A stretch of DNA of 64,000 nt from Promethearchaeota archaeon (lineage in GTDB: Archaea; Asgardarchaeota; Lokiarchaeia; Sigyniarchaeales; SOKP01), in assembly GCA_016839705.1 (NCBI GenBank), contig JAEOTR010000041.1, forward strand, positions 1 to 64,000, read 5' to 3'. How positions within the stretch are numbered: position 1 is the first letter of the stretch; the number at the start of each line of letters is the position of its first letter. The translations under genes and the position numbers were made by a program. Below, piece after piece: positions 31,757 to 41,936 of the stretch. The notes under the pieces were generated by a model. That model did no database searches and had not been told where the DNA came from. It worked only from the letters and a program-made list of their open reading frames with translations.

Positions 31757-32791
31757 ATGACTGCTACAGTTAATTACATCGATGAAAAATCAGGAATTCC
31801 ACTATTTGGTGTTGATTTTATAGGAGTAATTGACCGTGGGACAAATATTATAGAGCTTAAACCTCTAACACTGTGCAACTTAAAATGTAAATATTGTTTT
31901 GTAAGTGCTGGAGACTACTCCACTAACTTCATTGTTGATCATGAATATATAACTAAAAAAGTAAAGGAACTAATTAAGATTAAAGGAAACCACGATATTG
32001 AAATTCATTTTGCACCCTACGGTGAAATACTACTTTATCCTAAATTACTTAATTTAATAGAAAAACTATGGGGCATTGAGGGAATTGAAAGGGTTTCAAT
32101 GCAAACTAACGGGTTACTCCTTAATCATGAAATAATTAGGCAATTGGAACACGTTAATCTTACTCGTATTAATATTAGCTTAAATTCTTTAAACCAAGAA
32201 AAAGCGGGGTACTTAAGTGATTGTCAAGACTATACAATGAATTCATTGCTCAAAAACATTGAGGATCTTTTACACTCCAAGATAAACGTATTAATAGCAC
32301 CTGTCTGGTTCCCTGGAGAAAATGATAACGATATTGAGGAAATTATTAATTATGTTATCGAGATGAGAAAACAAGGGTATACTGAAAAAGACCTTCAAAT
32401 TGGAATTCAAAAATACTTGACGTATAAAACAGGAAGAAAGTTAAAAAAAATTAGACCAAAGAGTTGGGATTATTTTTACAAGCAATTATCTAGATTAGAA
32501 AAGAAGTATGATATAAAATTAAAACTTGGACCAAAAGATTTCAATATTCACAAACGTAATAGTCTTAAATCTTTAGAATTTAATAAAAATGATATTATCA
32601 GTCTAACAGTCATATCTCAGGGGCGTTGGGATAATGAATACATTGGCAGGATAAGTGAGAATTTAGGAATAAAATTATTAGTAAATAAGAAATTTTTTGA
32701 TTTCAAAAATATCATCGGAAAGAATATTAAAGCAAAAATTATAAAGGCAAACTATAAAGATAATATTATGACCGCCATCTTTCCAATATAG
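31757..32791 (+). CDS. Radical SAM protein (COG2100-like)
   Basis: GVIDRGTN, CNLKCKYC and SMQTNG. Confidence 0.9.
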   Translation: MTATVNYIDEKSGIPLFGVDFIGVIDRGTNIIELKPLTLCNLKCKYCFVSAGDYSTNFIVDHEYITKKVKELIKIKGNHDIEIHFAPYGEILLYPKLLNLIEKLWGIEGIERVSMQTNGLLLNHEIIRQLEHVNLTRINISLNSLNQEKAGYLSDCQDYTMNSLLKNIEDLLHSKINVLIAPVWFPGENDNDIEEIINYVIEMRKQGYTEKDLQIGIQKYLTYKTGRKLKKIRPKSWDYFYKQLSRLEKKYDIKLKLGPKDFNIHKRNSLKSLEFNKNDIISLTVISQGRWDNEYIGRISENLGIKLLVNKKFFDFKNIIGKNIKAKIIKANYKDNIMTAIFPI

Positions 32792-32998
32792 ACTAGATCT
32801 CTTTAAAAAGATTAAATCTTTGAGATAAAGAATATTTCTGGAATAATCCTATTAATTAAATACACCTAAAAATCCAGAAGACTCCAAGTTCTTTAAAATG
32901 AATGATACTTATTTTGTTCCTTGAAATATTTTTCTTTTATAAGTGTATAATTATCATTTTTTTCAATTATTTAAAATTCAAAAAATTCAAACGAGAAA

Positions 32999-34969
32999 AT
33001 GAGCTTCAAATCGAAAGGTCCTAAATCACATCCCAACCACAGTCCTAAAGCTAATCCCGAACCCCCAAAACCCACCCCTGCAAAAGATTCAAAATCACCA
33101 AACCAAAAACCGAACCAAACGCCTAATCAAAACCCTAAACCCAAACCAAATGAAGAAACTAAAAATAATATTAACCCATCTCCACCAGACATTAATAAAG
33201 ATGCAAGAAATACCAACATTAACCTCATTTCTCAACCACATAAAGAATCTAGTAAACCCCTTACGAAATCCCCCCTCGAACCGAATAAGGAATCTAAAAA
33301 TAGAATTACACGACCTAAGTTCAAACCAAATCCAAATAATGGATCTAAAAATATCATTTCACGACTAATATTCGATCCAAATAAAGCATCCCCAAATAAA
33401 AATAAAATAAGAAGACCAAAATTTGGTCCGAATGATGAAGCTAAGAACAAAATAATAAAGTATAAACTTGAGCCAACAGAAAAACCTATAAATAGAATAA
33501 CAATACCAACATTCGATCCACATCAAAAAACTAAAAACAGAATTACACGATCAACATTCGATCCACATCAAAAAACTAATAACAAAATTACACGACCAGC
33601 ATTCAATCCAAATCAAATGGCTAATAATCGAATCACTAAAGCCAAATATTCTCCCATTACGAAAACAAAAAATGAACCTCAAAAACCTTCAATAAAAATA
33701 AATCCATATCAAACTAAAAGTCTGAATTTGGGTAAGAAGAGATATTCAGAAAAAGATGTTAGAAACTGGATAACACATTATAAGAAATGTAGAAATTATA
33801 AGAAAGTACAAAATCAATTACGAAAAAGTGGTCATAAAGTGCCTGCTATTTCAACTCTTAAAAATAGAATCAAGGAATTGATAGGGAAGGAGAAATACAA
33901 GGAACTCATGAAAAAATATACTTTCGATGATGCAATCAAAATTGCATATCAAGTTGGTATAAATAAAACTGGAGTACGTGGAAAAATTTTATCACGTCCT
34001 AATGAATTTAAAGGCGTTAAATCAAAATTATTATACCAATGTGGAAAATGCGACTCTTCACGGAAAACTACTTTAGATGCGATTATAAATAACAAAAGCT
34101 GGTGCCTAAAATGTGTAGCAAAAAGTCGAGTAGGTGCCCAGAGAGGTTCAATAGCAGAACATCAAAATATTATAACTCAAAAAGGTGGTAAATTAAAAGA
34201 AGTGATCTATGAAGATCCGAAAGAAAAACTTTTCAATCAAAGGGCAAGATTCAAAATTGAATGTGAAGCTGGTCATAAGTTTAATATTAATGCCCATAAT
34301 TTGAAACAAGGAAAATGGTGTAGGAAATGTAGTTACGAAGTTATAGGTGAAAAACTAAGAGGATCTTTCCAAGATATTCAAGCGCTTATTGAAAAAAGAG
34401 GTGGGAAATGTCTTTCTAAACCAGAAGACTACCAAAATCAACATGAAAAGTTAAAAATACTCTGTAGTGAAAACCATATATTTGAAAGCGCTCCAACAAA
34501 CTTTATAAGAGGTGATTGGTGTCCTCAATGTTCTCAAGGAAAATTTGAGAGTTTGTCGAGGAAGTTCTTCGAAGAAATTTTTCAAAAAGAATTTCCAAAG
34601 GAACGACCAAATTGGCTAGTAAATGCTCGGGGTAATCAAATGGAATTAGATGGTTATAATAAAGACTTAAAGCTGGCTTTTGAAGCACAAGGAGAACAAC
34701 ATTATCGTGCCGTAGCACACTTTAACCAGACTTTAAAGGATCTCAGACAAAGAAAAGAAGATGATTTGATGAAATTGGATCTATGTAAACAAAATGATGT
34801 TAGATTAATTCAAGTACCATATTATATACCTCCTAGTAAAATGCAACAGTATATAATTAATCAATACGAAAGCTTGTCAAATCAGAAATTACCAGATATT
34901 CCAGACGTAGACTATAATAATTTTTATGATACTAAAGATGATCAAAAAAAGATGGATAATTATTTATAA
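32999..34969 (+). CDS. Repeat-containing protein with tandem zinc ribbons and C-terminal PD-(D/E)xK-type endonuclease domain
   Basis: P/N/K-rich N-terminus; three C..H/..WCxxC modules; ELDGY..LAFEAQGEQH...D..K...C...LIQVPY. Confidence 0.8.
   Translation: MSFKSKGPKSHPNHSPKANPEPPKPTPAKDSKSPNQKPNQTPNQNPKPKPNEETKNNINPSPPDINKDARNTNINLISQPHKESSKPLTKSPLEPNKESKNRITRPKFKPNPNNGSKNIISRLIFDPNKASPNKNKIRRPKFGPNDEAKNKIIKYKLEPTEKPINRITIPTFDPHQKTKNRITRSTFDPHQKTNNKITRPAFNPNQMANNRITKAKYSPITKTKNEPQKPSIKINPYQTKSLNLGKKRYSEKDVRNWITHYKKCRNYKKVQNQLRKSGHKVPAISTLKNRIKELIGKEKYKELMKKYTFDDAIKIAYQVGINKTGVRGKILSRPNEFKGVKSKLLYQCGKCDSSRKTTLDAIINNKSWCLKCVAKSRVGAQRGSIAEHQNIITQKGGKLKEVIYEDPKEKLFNQRARFKIECEAGHKFNINAHNLKQGKWCRKCSYEVIGEKLRGSFQDIQALIEKRGGKCLSKPEDYQNQHEKLKILCSENHIFESAPTNFIRGDWCPQCSQGKFESLSRKFFEEIFQKEFPKERPNWLVNARGNQMELDGYNKDLKLAFEAQGEQHYRAVAHFNQTLKDLRQRKEDDLMKLDLCKQNDVRLIQVPYYIPPSKMQQYIINQYESLSNQKLPDIPDVDYNNFYDTKDDQKKMDNYL
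33296..33655 (+). repeat. About 8 degenerate 15-17-aa coding repeats (NRITRPxFxP)
   Basis: 28-nt identity CAACATTCGATCCACATCAAAAAACTAA at 33507 and 33552 (45-nt period). Confidence 0.85.
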
Positions 34970-35058
34970 CTTGAATCTCCATTAATATTTTATCAGAAGG
35001 ATTTATATTAATCAATAGAATTAAAAAAAATTACATCATATAGGAGATCTAGAAAATT

Positions 35059-35682
35059 ATGAGCCCTATAATTACACATGAAGATGAATTAATGTTAGCA
35101 AAGTCTGAGAACGAATTAGTCTCGCAATTCAAAAAACTAGCAAGAGCTCAAAGTGCCTTGATCAGTTCTCAAAAAAAATATGCTGAAAATATCTCAAAGG
35201 CTAATATTACGCGAGAAATGTTAAACAGAATCTTCAGGGACGTATTAAAACAAATGCAAACTCTTGCTCGAGAGCATAGATCTAACATTAAGGATGAAGA
35301 AGTACAGTTGTATAAAGAGATAATTCAGCAAAATGATGAATATATTAAAGCAAATAATACATATTTGAATGCAATAAAAGATATAGCGATTCAAAAGGAA
35401 TATTTAGTAGCAAAGAAAGATGAGTTTGTGGAAGCGTTATCTGATCTCGCAGATAGAAGATCAACTGTAATTAAAAAAGCGTTAAATGTTGAAAAAGCAA
35501 AGAATAAACTAATAGATGGGGATAAATTAAATATTCTTGACCAAGAACTAAATGATGTTCAAAGAGATTTTGATAGAGCGCGTGATATTCTACTCAAGAA
35601 AATTCATCAATTTAAAGAAGTTCGAGAAGAAACTAATACCCTTTGGCTTAAATTAAAGGAAACTATAAGAGAATTTAGCTAG
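35059..35682 (+). CDS. All-helical coiled-coil protein, BAR-domain-like
   Basis: 207 aa, essentially Pro-free, long amphipathic helices; BAR assignment is inference. Confidence 0.6.
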   Translation: MSPIITHEDELMLAKSENELVSQFKKLARAQSALISSQKKYAENISKANITREMLNRIFRDVLKQMQTLAREHRSNIKDEEVQLYKEIIQQNDEYIKANNTYLNAIKDIAIQKEYLVAKKDEFVEALSDLADRRSTVIKKALNVEKAKNKLIDGDKLNILDQELNDVQRDFDRARDILLKKIHQFKEVREETNTLWLKLKETIREFS

Positions 35683-35811
35683 TAAACCCAGTTCCTTCTT
35701 TTTTCTATATTTATAACACTCGACATATTATGTTTAGACTTAAGTTTATTAAATAGAAATATATATAATTAATAGAAAGATTTTAATTGAAATTATAAAA
35801 TTGTTAGAAAT

Positions 35812-36264
35812 ATGTGTGCAGAAGAATTTGCCTCTTTTTTAGATAATACAAGAAAAGCACCAATGGAAGAAAAATTAAGTGCCTTCGGTGACATAGTTGA
35901 AAAAATAATGCAAATCGTGCTAAAAATACCTGATTTAGTAGACCATAGTCTTCAAGATATCAATTCAAAGGTCTCAAATTTACAAAATCAATTGACTTCC
36001 ATAAATCGAGATATTTCATCACTAAAATCAAGATCTGGTGGTCCAACTGCTGCTATTCCTGCTGTTTCAAATGCACCTGGGGCTCTACCTGGAGGTCCAC
36101 CTGGAGGTCCACCAAGAAGTCCGCCACCACCGCCTGGTGCACCACCTGGGGGACCTGGTCCTGGTCCTGGTCCTGGTCGACCTGCACAACCAGTATCGCT
36201 AAGAGGTGCAATTATGGGTGAATTAAAAGAACTGTTTTCTCGTCGTAGACAGGCATCTGGCTAA
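35812..36264 (+). CDS. Coiled-coil / polyproline / C-terminal helix protein
   Basis: Heptad region, GPPGGPPRSPPPPPGAPPGGPGPGPGPG, then SLRGAIMGELKELF. Confidence 0.85.
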   Translation: MCAEEFASFLDNTRKAPMEEKLSAFGDIVEKIMQIVLKIPDLVDHSLQDINSKVSNLQNQLTSINRDISSLKSRSGGPTAAIPAVSNAPGALPGGPPGGPPRSPPPPPGAPPGGPGPGPGPGRPAQPVSLRGAIMGELKELFSRRRQASG

Positions 36265-36556
36265 ATTTTTGAGACTGAATGGGATGATAACAATCCTTTT
36301 TTAAATTTCAATATTCTCAGTAATTTTAGTATACTCTATAAATAAAAATTTGTCCCCTTTTGACCGAAGGATAGATACTCTTCACGTAAAAGGTAAGGAT
36401 TATGCCTAATTTGTTAAACAGGTAACCATTTTCAAATTTATTTATATTTAGGGCATTATTTTATGCGATAACCATGAATTAGTGTAATAAATAGTCAACT
36501 CTTAAGAAATTAGACTTAAAAACTACGAAATCAGGATTTAAAGTTGGATTAAGATT

Positions 36557-37135
36557 TCAAAACTCTAAAAATCCAGGATCATCAAAGATATCATCGATTT
36601 TTCTTTCCTTTTTTATTTTTGAATCACTTTCCGCAAATAAGGATTCCTCATCTGTTCGAACCCCTCGCTCTAATTCTTCAGTATCAAGTTTTAATATTGC
36701 ATCCTTTTCAAGTCGTTTATACTCTTCAGACTTCATCTTCCAATTACTAACTTCATCTAAATCTACATTATCTTCTTCTAAAAGTATTCCCGCCTTAACC
36801 TTACAGAGATCTGATAAAATAGAGTAAGATAAAGCCACGTCTCCCCATTCGTTATCTATTTTTAATTTTTGTACTCGTTTCTCTATTCTATAAAGCTCTT
36901 GATCAGCATAAAATATGTCTATAAAATCTCCAAATGCATCAACGGGTTCTGAAATTGAATTTACTAATACTTCCTTTGTCAATCCGCAATTTCCACATTT
37001 TACCGTAGCAAAGGCTCCTTTTTTCTTAATATCAGTGATTTTAACACTTTTTTCCCCACATTCTGGACAGGTAAAGATTTTAGGAACTCTTTTTACTCGT
37101 TTTGGTGAAACTTGCTTCCTTTTACGACGTCCCAT
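36557..37135 (-). CDS. elf1: Transcription elongation factor Elf1 with C-terminal extension
   Basis: MGRRKRK..FTCPECG..CGNC...EPVDAF..FID. Confidence 0.88.
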   Translation of the reverse strand: MGRRKRKQVSPKRVKRVPKIFTCPECGEKSVKITDIKKKGAFATVKCGNCGLTKEVLVNSISEPVDAFGDFIDIFYADQELYRIEKRVQKLKIDNEWGDVALSYSILSDLCKVKAGILLEEDNVDLDEVSNWKMKSEEYKRLEKDAILKLDTEELERGVRTDEESLFAESDSKIKKERKIDDIFDDPGFLEF

Positions 37136-37344
37136 TTTAATTATCTCCTAATACTGATATTTTCTATAAAAATGACTTTAAAATTTCTAATATATTAAAG
37201 AGAAACAAGAACTAAAAATTTTTGCTTTATCTTAAAGTATTTTAGTAGATATCGAAAAATTTTTTAGGAATGGATAATTAGTTAAAATACTCTTTTTTAC
37301 TGAAATGCTTTTACAGGTTAAAAAATAATGAGTGGATTTTAGGT

Positions 37345-38445
37345 ATGGAGCATAAAAACTTAACATTGGAAGATGATGAAAAGTTAATAGAGAATATTAT
37401 GAATGATCTGGAAATGAGATATATTGTTCTTTTTCTCTATGTAATAAGAAATGATTTACTTAAAGATTTGAGCGATAAAACTCTTATTGAATCCTATGAA
37501 AGAATTCTAGTATTAGATGAAATATATAAAAACAATATTGTTAACTTTTGGGAGGATGAATTTATTGATGTATATATTGATCTAGGATTAATAAAAAACA
37601 TTCGCAGTAAAAGAGAATTTGATCAAAAAGATGACGATTTTATGATTAAATTAGGGGAAGAAACAATAACTATTGAAGAGGATACGATTTCTGTTCCTGA
37701 TGATACATTATTTTTAATCATTAACAAAAAATTTAAGGATTTAACAAGGAGAAATTTTAATTTAGCTCTCACAAGATTAAAGGGAGTAAGGTGTGAAAAA
37801 AGCAGTGTTATACACTCATTAATATTTGAAATTGGCGAACATGATTACACACTTTCAAATGATTTGTATTATATTTTAGATCAATTTGGAAATATTTATC
37901 AAGCTATTAAAATAGAGATTACAATAGAAGGCTTTTATCAAAGATTTAAAGATATTGAGGAGAAAGTTAACGATTTCATTAAGATTTTTAATCCGGTGTT
38001 AAATACTAAACCCCTTTTAAAAAAAATAAATAGTGCTATTGCGGAAGATAAAGAAATTATAAATTACTTAAAGGATGAGAAGGTTGAACTCCCAGAAAAA
38101 TTTAATTTTGGGAAAATAAGTAGAGAAAATCCATTATTTAAGAATTGGAATTCACAATTAATCTCACTGCTTAAGTTAAGATATCAAATGATGCAAATTG
38201 AAGAAAGAATAGTGGGATTAAAAGGCAAGTATTCAGGTAAGGAAAAAGAATTTACATACCTTGAATTTGTTGAGCGGGTTACCTATAATGAAGATAATTT
38301 ATTAGATGATATTCAGAAATCATTAGTCGAGTATAGGAAAGAATTAGTTGAAATAAGTGAGCAAATTTCAAAAGTAACAAAGAAAGAAATAAAATTATTA
38401 AATTTAGATTATGAAAGGTTATTAATAACTAGTGATGATGACTAA
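37345..38445 (+). CDS. Hypothetical protein (winged-helix-like plus coiled coil), operon gene 1
   Basis: 366-aa ORF in a tightly spaced co-directional cluster. Confidence 0.8.
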   Translation: MEHKNLTLEDDEKLIENIMNDLEMRYIVLFLYVIRNDLLKDLSDKTLIESYERILVLDEIYKNNIVNFWEDEFIDVYIDLGLIKNIRSKREFDQKDDDFMIKLGEETITIEEDTISVPDDTLFLIINKKFKDLTRRNFNLALTRLKGVRCEKSSVIHSLIFEIGEHDYTLSNDLYYILDQFGNIYQAIKIEITIEGFYQRFKDIEEKVNDFIKIFNPVLNTKPLLKKINSAIAEDKEIINYLKDEKVELPEKFNFGKISRENPLFKNWNSQLISLLKLRYQMMQIEERIVGLKGKYSGKEKEFTYLEFVERVTYNEDNLLDDIQKSLVEYRKELVEISEQISKVTKKEIKLLNLDYERLLITSDDD

Positions 38446-38447
38446 TA

Positions 38448-39416
38448 TTGAATTGCCCATCTTGTAATATTGAAATGAAGTCGTTAGTTGCTGGGATTTT
38501 TCAATGCCCGCAGTGTAAAAAAATTATTAAGGAGAAGGGAGAGGAAACTCAAGATCAAGAAAAGTCAAAAATTGAAATGGGAGATTTTTATGAAGGAGAA
38601 TATTTTCATAAAAATGCCAGTTTAAACAAACAATTTGAAATTTGCGAAAAAGGAATTATTATTGATAAAACAGGAAATCGCATATTTGCGGCATTAATTT
38701 GCCATAGTGCTTATTTTAAAGAGGAGAAATATGTTAGATTGTCTTGGTGGAAGAATTTTCAGCATGCGGGTATGTTTAAAATCTATGATAAAAATGTTCT
38801 TTCAAACACGATTAGTGCTTTAGAAAAAATCCAGGAAACTTTTAATGACATTTGGGATTGGAGTGGAAAATATGGGAAAAAAGAGCCTAAAACAGATGAA
38901 GAGCTGGAAAAAGAAAAGAATTTGGAAATCATCAAATATAGAATATTAGAGAACCGAACCTGTCCTAGATGCTTAAAAAAAATGGATAAAAAGAAATCTC
39001 ATTATGAATGTCAACATTGTGGTGAGATTGTTATTTTAGAAGGATATAATCAACCTATTTTTAATATTAGTCCTGAAGATCTTGATTTGCATTTTCATGG
39101 AAATTTTCCCATAAATTTTTATTTACCCGTTAGTGGAATAACCATTAAATGGCTAATGGGGGAATGGAAAGCCATAGTAGTTATATATTCAAAAGACAAC
39201 CCCAATAAAAAGTGGCTAAGGTTTTATTGGTGGGTAAGAGATCTGAGTAATATCTTAAAATATGGTCAAAGAGAAATGGGAGAAGGTACTCAAATGGGTT
39301 GGAAAGTTCAAAGAGGAATTTCATCACCAAATATTTATGATAAAAAACAAATTATGAAATTAATAAAAGCTCTTAGAAAAATATCAGCAGAATTGAATTG
39401 GGAAATCTCACAATAA
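38448..39416 (+). CDS. Protein with two (Zn ribbon + PC4-like) modules, operon gene 2
   Basis: CPSC..CPQC and CPRC..CQHC, each followed by related YVRLSWW / WLRFYWW segments. Confidence 0.75.
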   Translation: MNCPSCNIEMKSLVAGIFQCPQCKKIIKEKGEETQDQEKSKIEMGDFYEGEYFHKNASLNKQFEICEKGIIIDKTGNRIFAALICHSAYFKEEKYVRLSWWKNFQHAGMFKIYDKNVLSNTISALEKIQETFNDIWDWSGKYGKKEPKTDEELEKEKNLEIIKYRILENRTCPRCLKKMDKKKSHYECQHCGEIVILEGYNQPIFNISPEDLDLHFHGNFPINFYLPVSGITIKWLMGEWKAIVVIYSKDNPNKKWLRFYWWVRDLSNILKYGQREMGEGTQMGWKVQRGISSPNIYDKKQIMKLIKALRKISAELNWEISQ

Positions 39417-39442
39417 TAATTATGTAAATTGGAGTTGCTATT

Positions 39443-40582
39443 ATGGAGGAAATTCAGGACACAACATGGAAAACATTAATGAAGGATTTTGAGAATGGCC
39501 TTGAAGTAGCTACAGCGGAATTGCAAAAACGAGATGTAGAAAATATTCCTGGAGCAAAGGAAGCATTAATTCAAAGGTTATCTAATATGAAACTTCATTT
39601 TCCCAAAAATAATGGAGAAATTTTTTTGAAATCGATAAATGAAACAATCCAAAACGCATTTTTCCCCAATACAAAAAACTTTACTGAGGCTTTTGAAAAG
39701 ATCTTGAAATCAAGAACTCATGAGCAAGATTTCATAATTAATGAATTACTAAATGGATTTGTGGCATCAAAAGCAAAGGCAATTGCTTCTGGTACGCAAG
39801 GACCAATTATAGATAGAATGGTTGAAGCTTTTAGTAAAAGAAGTGATTTTCATATTGTTGATTATCAATTTTTTGCGATGTTCGGGGATCCGAATAAACC
39901 TCGCCATTATATAAAAAAACAACTTGAAGAATTGGTGAATATGTTTGGACTCGTTTCAAAAGAACTTGTCATAGAGAAAGACGTGAGAAGGAGCGAGGAA
40001 AAGATATACACTTTTTATACTTTTCCCGATGATATCATAGGAATACTTGAAGAAAAATATTTAACAATCGATCCTGATTTGGGATATGCTTATGTATCTG
40101 AGGGATTTGATAGGAATGTCTTTATTTGTATGTTTCTTGCTAATATTACCATAAATAGAGATGATCTGGATAAAATTGGAGGGTCTTTTACTATTAATGG
40201 AATTTCTGCTATTTTTGCATTAATTTTATTATTAAGTTTTATGCCTAAACTATCAGTCGATGAAACAAATCCCATTTTGAATGATCCTAGTTTTGATGCA
40301 AATAACATGAGTGTTATTCCAAAATCTTGGATGATGAAACAAGTGTTGGAACCCTTATTTGACCCACTGATCAAAATCATCGCATATAGAGTGGGAGGAG
40401 GCCTTTGGTTATCAAAAATTATAGATTCTGAGATTAACAAAAAAATTCATCAACAAATAAGATTTCTTATTAAAGATGTAAATAAGTGGATCTTAGGAAA
40501 TTTATGTAGAGTCGAGATACCTATTTTTGTCGAAATCTCAAATATATTTACTGAAATTTTAGTAGGATATGATGAAGAATAA
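39443..40582 (+). CDS. Hypothetical protein, operon gene 3
   Basis: 379-aa ORF; GGAG upstream; possible central wHTH. Confidence 0.8.
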   Translation: MEEIQDTTWKTLMKDFENGLEVATAELQKRDVENIPGAKEALIQRLSNMKLHFPKNNGEIFLKSINETIQNAFFPNTKNFTEAFEKILKSRTHEQDFIINELLNGFVASKAKAIASGTQGPIIDRMVEAFSKRSDFHIVDYQFFAMFGDPNKPRHYIKKQLEELVNMFGLVSKELVIEKDVRRSEEKIYTFYTFPDDIIGILEEKYLTIDPDLGYAYVSEGFDRNVFICMFLANITINRDDLDKIGGSFTINGISAIFALILLLSFMPKLSVDETNPILNDPSFDANNMSVIPKSWMMKQVLEPLFDPLIKIIAYRVGGGLWLSKIIDSEINKKIHQQIRFLIKDVNKWILGNLCRVEIPIFVEISNIFTEILVGYDEE

Positions 40583-40608
40583 GATTATGAGGAGTGCCTA
40601 GTTTATAG

Positions 40609-41913
40609 ATGAGTTACCAAAAAAAAAGTAGTAGAACCATTAAACCTGGAAGGAAGAGAGAAAAGTGGACAGATATTCTTCCGAGATATCTAACATTCAT
40701 TAGCCATATGCGTCCTATATTAAGAGAAACTCGAAGAATCATAATTGAACTAGATGCTGATTTGTTATTCGATACAGAAATTTTAGATAAAATTCGTCAA
40801 GAGGAGGAAAAAAGAAATATTCGCAAAGTAAGAGCACTTTCCGAATTTTCAGCTATGTATAGATCAAATGTGTATGATATTATTAAAGATTTCATCATTA
40901 AATATCGAGAAGAAATTCAAATAATAGATATTAAAGATTATATTATAGAGTTTCTACATGAGTCTGTTAATGCTTTAAATGTCTTACAACACATAACTAA
41001 CCCTGATGAACGTGACATAGAGAATACGTATCTATATCAATTAGTAAAATTTATCGAAGAGATCATATTTCCCAGAGGTTCAAACTTAAAAATCATTTAT
41101 GAAAAGTTATTAGAAAATTCATTAAATTATTATGAATGTCAAAGACATATTTTACAACCCCATACTTATTATAGGGAAAAATTAGAGAGTCTTGATTATT
41201 TTGAAATTCCGGGAATATCACCAAAAGTATATCAAATTATTAATAACATTACCTCCCTTTACAATTTAGATCCTAATTTTGGGGAATTTCCTGAGAGGGA
41301 AAACCATGAAATCCCTATGATTTTAAAAAATGACGTCTTCTTGCCATATATTGATTCTATTGCCAATGCTGAGGAAGAAGCCATAGAAAGAATTGCTGAG
41401 CGATTAGGATTAAGATTAGTAGATGGTATATTTCTTGCACCACATGAGGATTTTGTAAATATTCTCCTTGAAAATAATTATCTACGTGAAAATAAGCAAT
41501 CAGATGGAAAAATAAGGTTGCTACCTCAATTCAGTAATGAAACACTGATAATTTATTATTTAGCTTTCTCATCACAGCGAAGAGGGTTTTTATCCAAAGA
41601 GTTGGTAAATTGGATTTCAATGAATTTTGCCTTTCTTGTTTATATGGGTATTCTGAAGTGGAAATTATCAGACGAGAATATTTTTTATACTATTTTTAAA
41701 GATTTACAAACAAATGAAAAGATATTACCATATTTAATGAAGCTTATATGTTTTCCTAATTATTTAGGAGTAGATAAGATGAAGATCAGAGATTCAGTTC
41801 AATATCGTAAAGAAATTTTTAATTTCATTGGATCTCAGATTGATAACCTTAAAGATTTTATAAATGAAATTGCTAATTTCTGTATGAAATTTGATAAAAG
41901 AAATAACGAATAA
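40609..41913 (+). CDS. Hypothetical helical protein, operon gene 4
   Basis: 434-aa ORF; GAGGAG upstream; basic N-terminus. Confidence 0.8.
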   Translation: MSYQKKSSRTIKPGRKREKWTDILPRYLTFISHMRPILRETRRIIIELDADLLFDTEILDKIRQEEEKRNIRKVRALSEFSAMYRSNVYDIIKDFIIKYREEIQIIDIKDYIIEFLHESVNALNVLQHITNPDERDIENTYLYQLVKFIEEIIFPRGSNLKIIYEKLLENSLNYYECQRHILQPHTYYREKLESLDYFEIPGISPKVYQIINNITSLYNLDPNFGEFPERENHEIPMILKNDVFLPYIDSIANAEEEAIERIAERLGLRLVDGIFLAPHEDFVNILLENNYLRENKQSDGKIRLLPQFSNETLIIYYLAFSSQRRGFLSKELVNWISMNFAFLVYMGILKWKLSDENIFYTIFKDLQTNEKILPYLMKLICFPNYLGVDKMKIRDSVQYRKEIFNFIGSQIDNLKDFINEIANFCMKFDKRNNE

Positions 41914-41936
41914 ATTATAATAAGAGTGGAGTAAAA

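Noticed and set aside
33296-36190. CRISPR array suggested by short DNA repeats (33507/33552; CCTGGAGGTCCA and CCTGGT repeats near 36090-36180)
   Set aside because: Repeats are in-frame coding repeats without unique spacers; no cas genes
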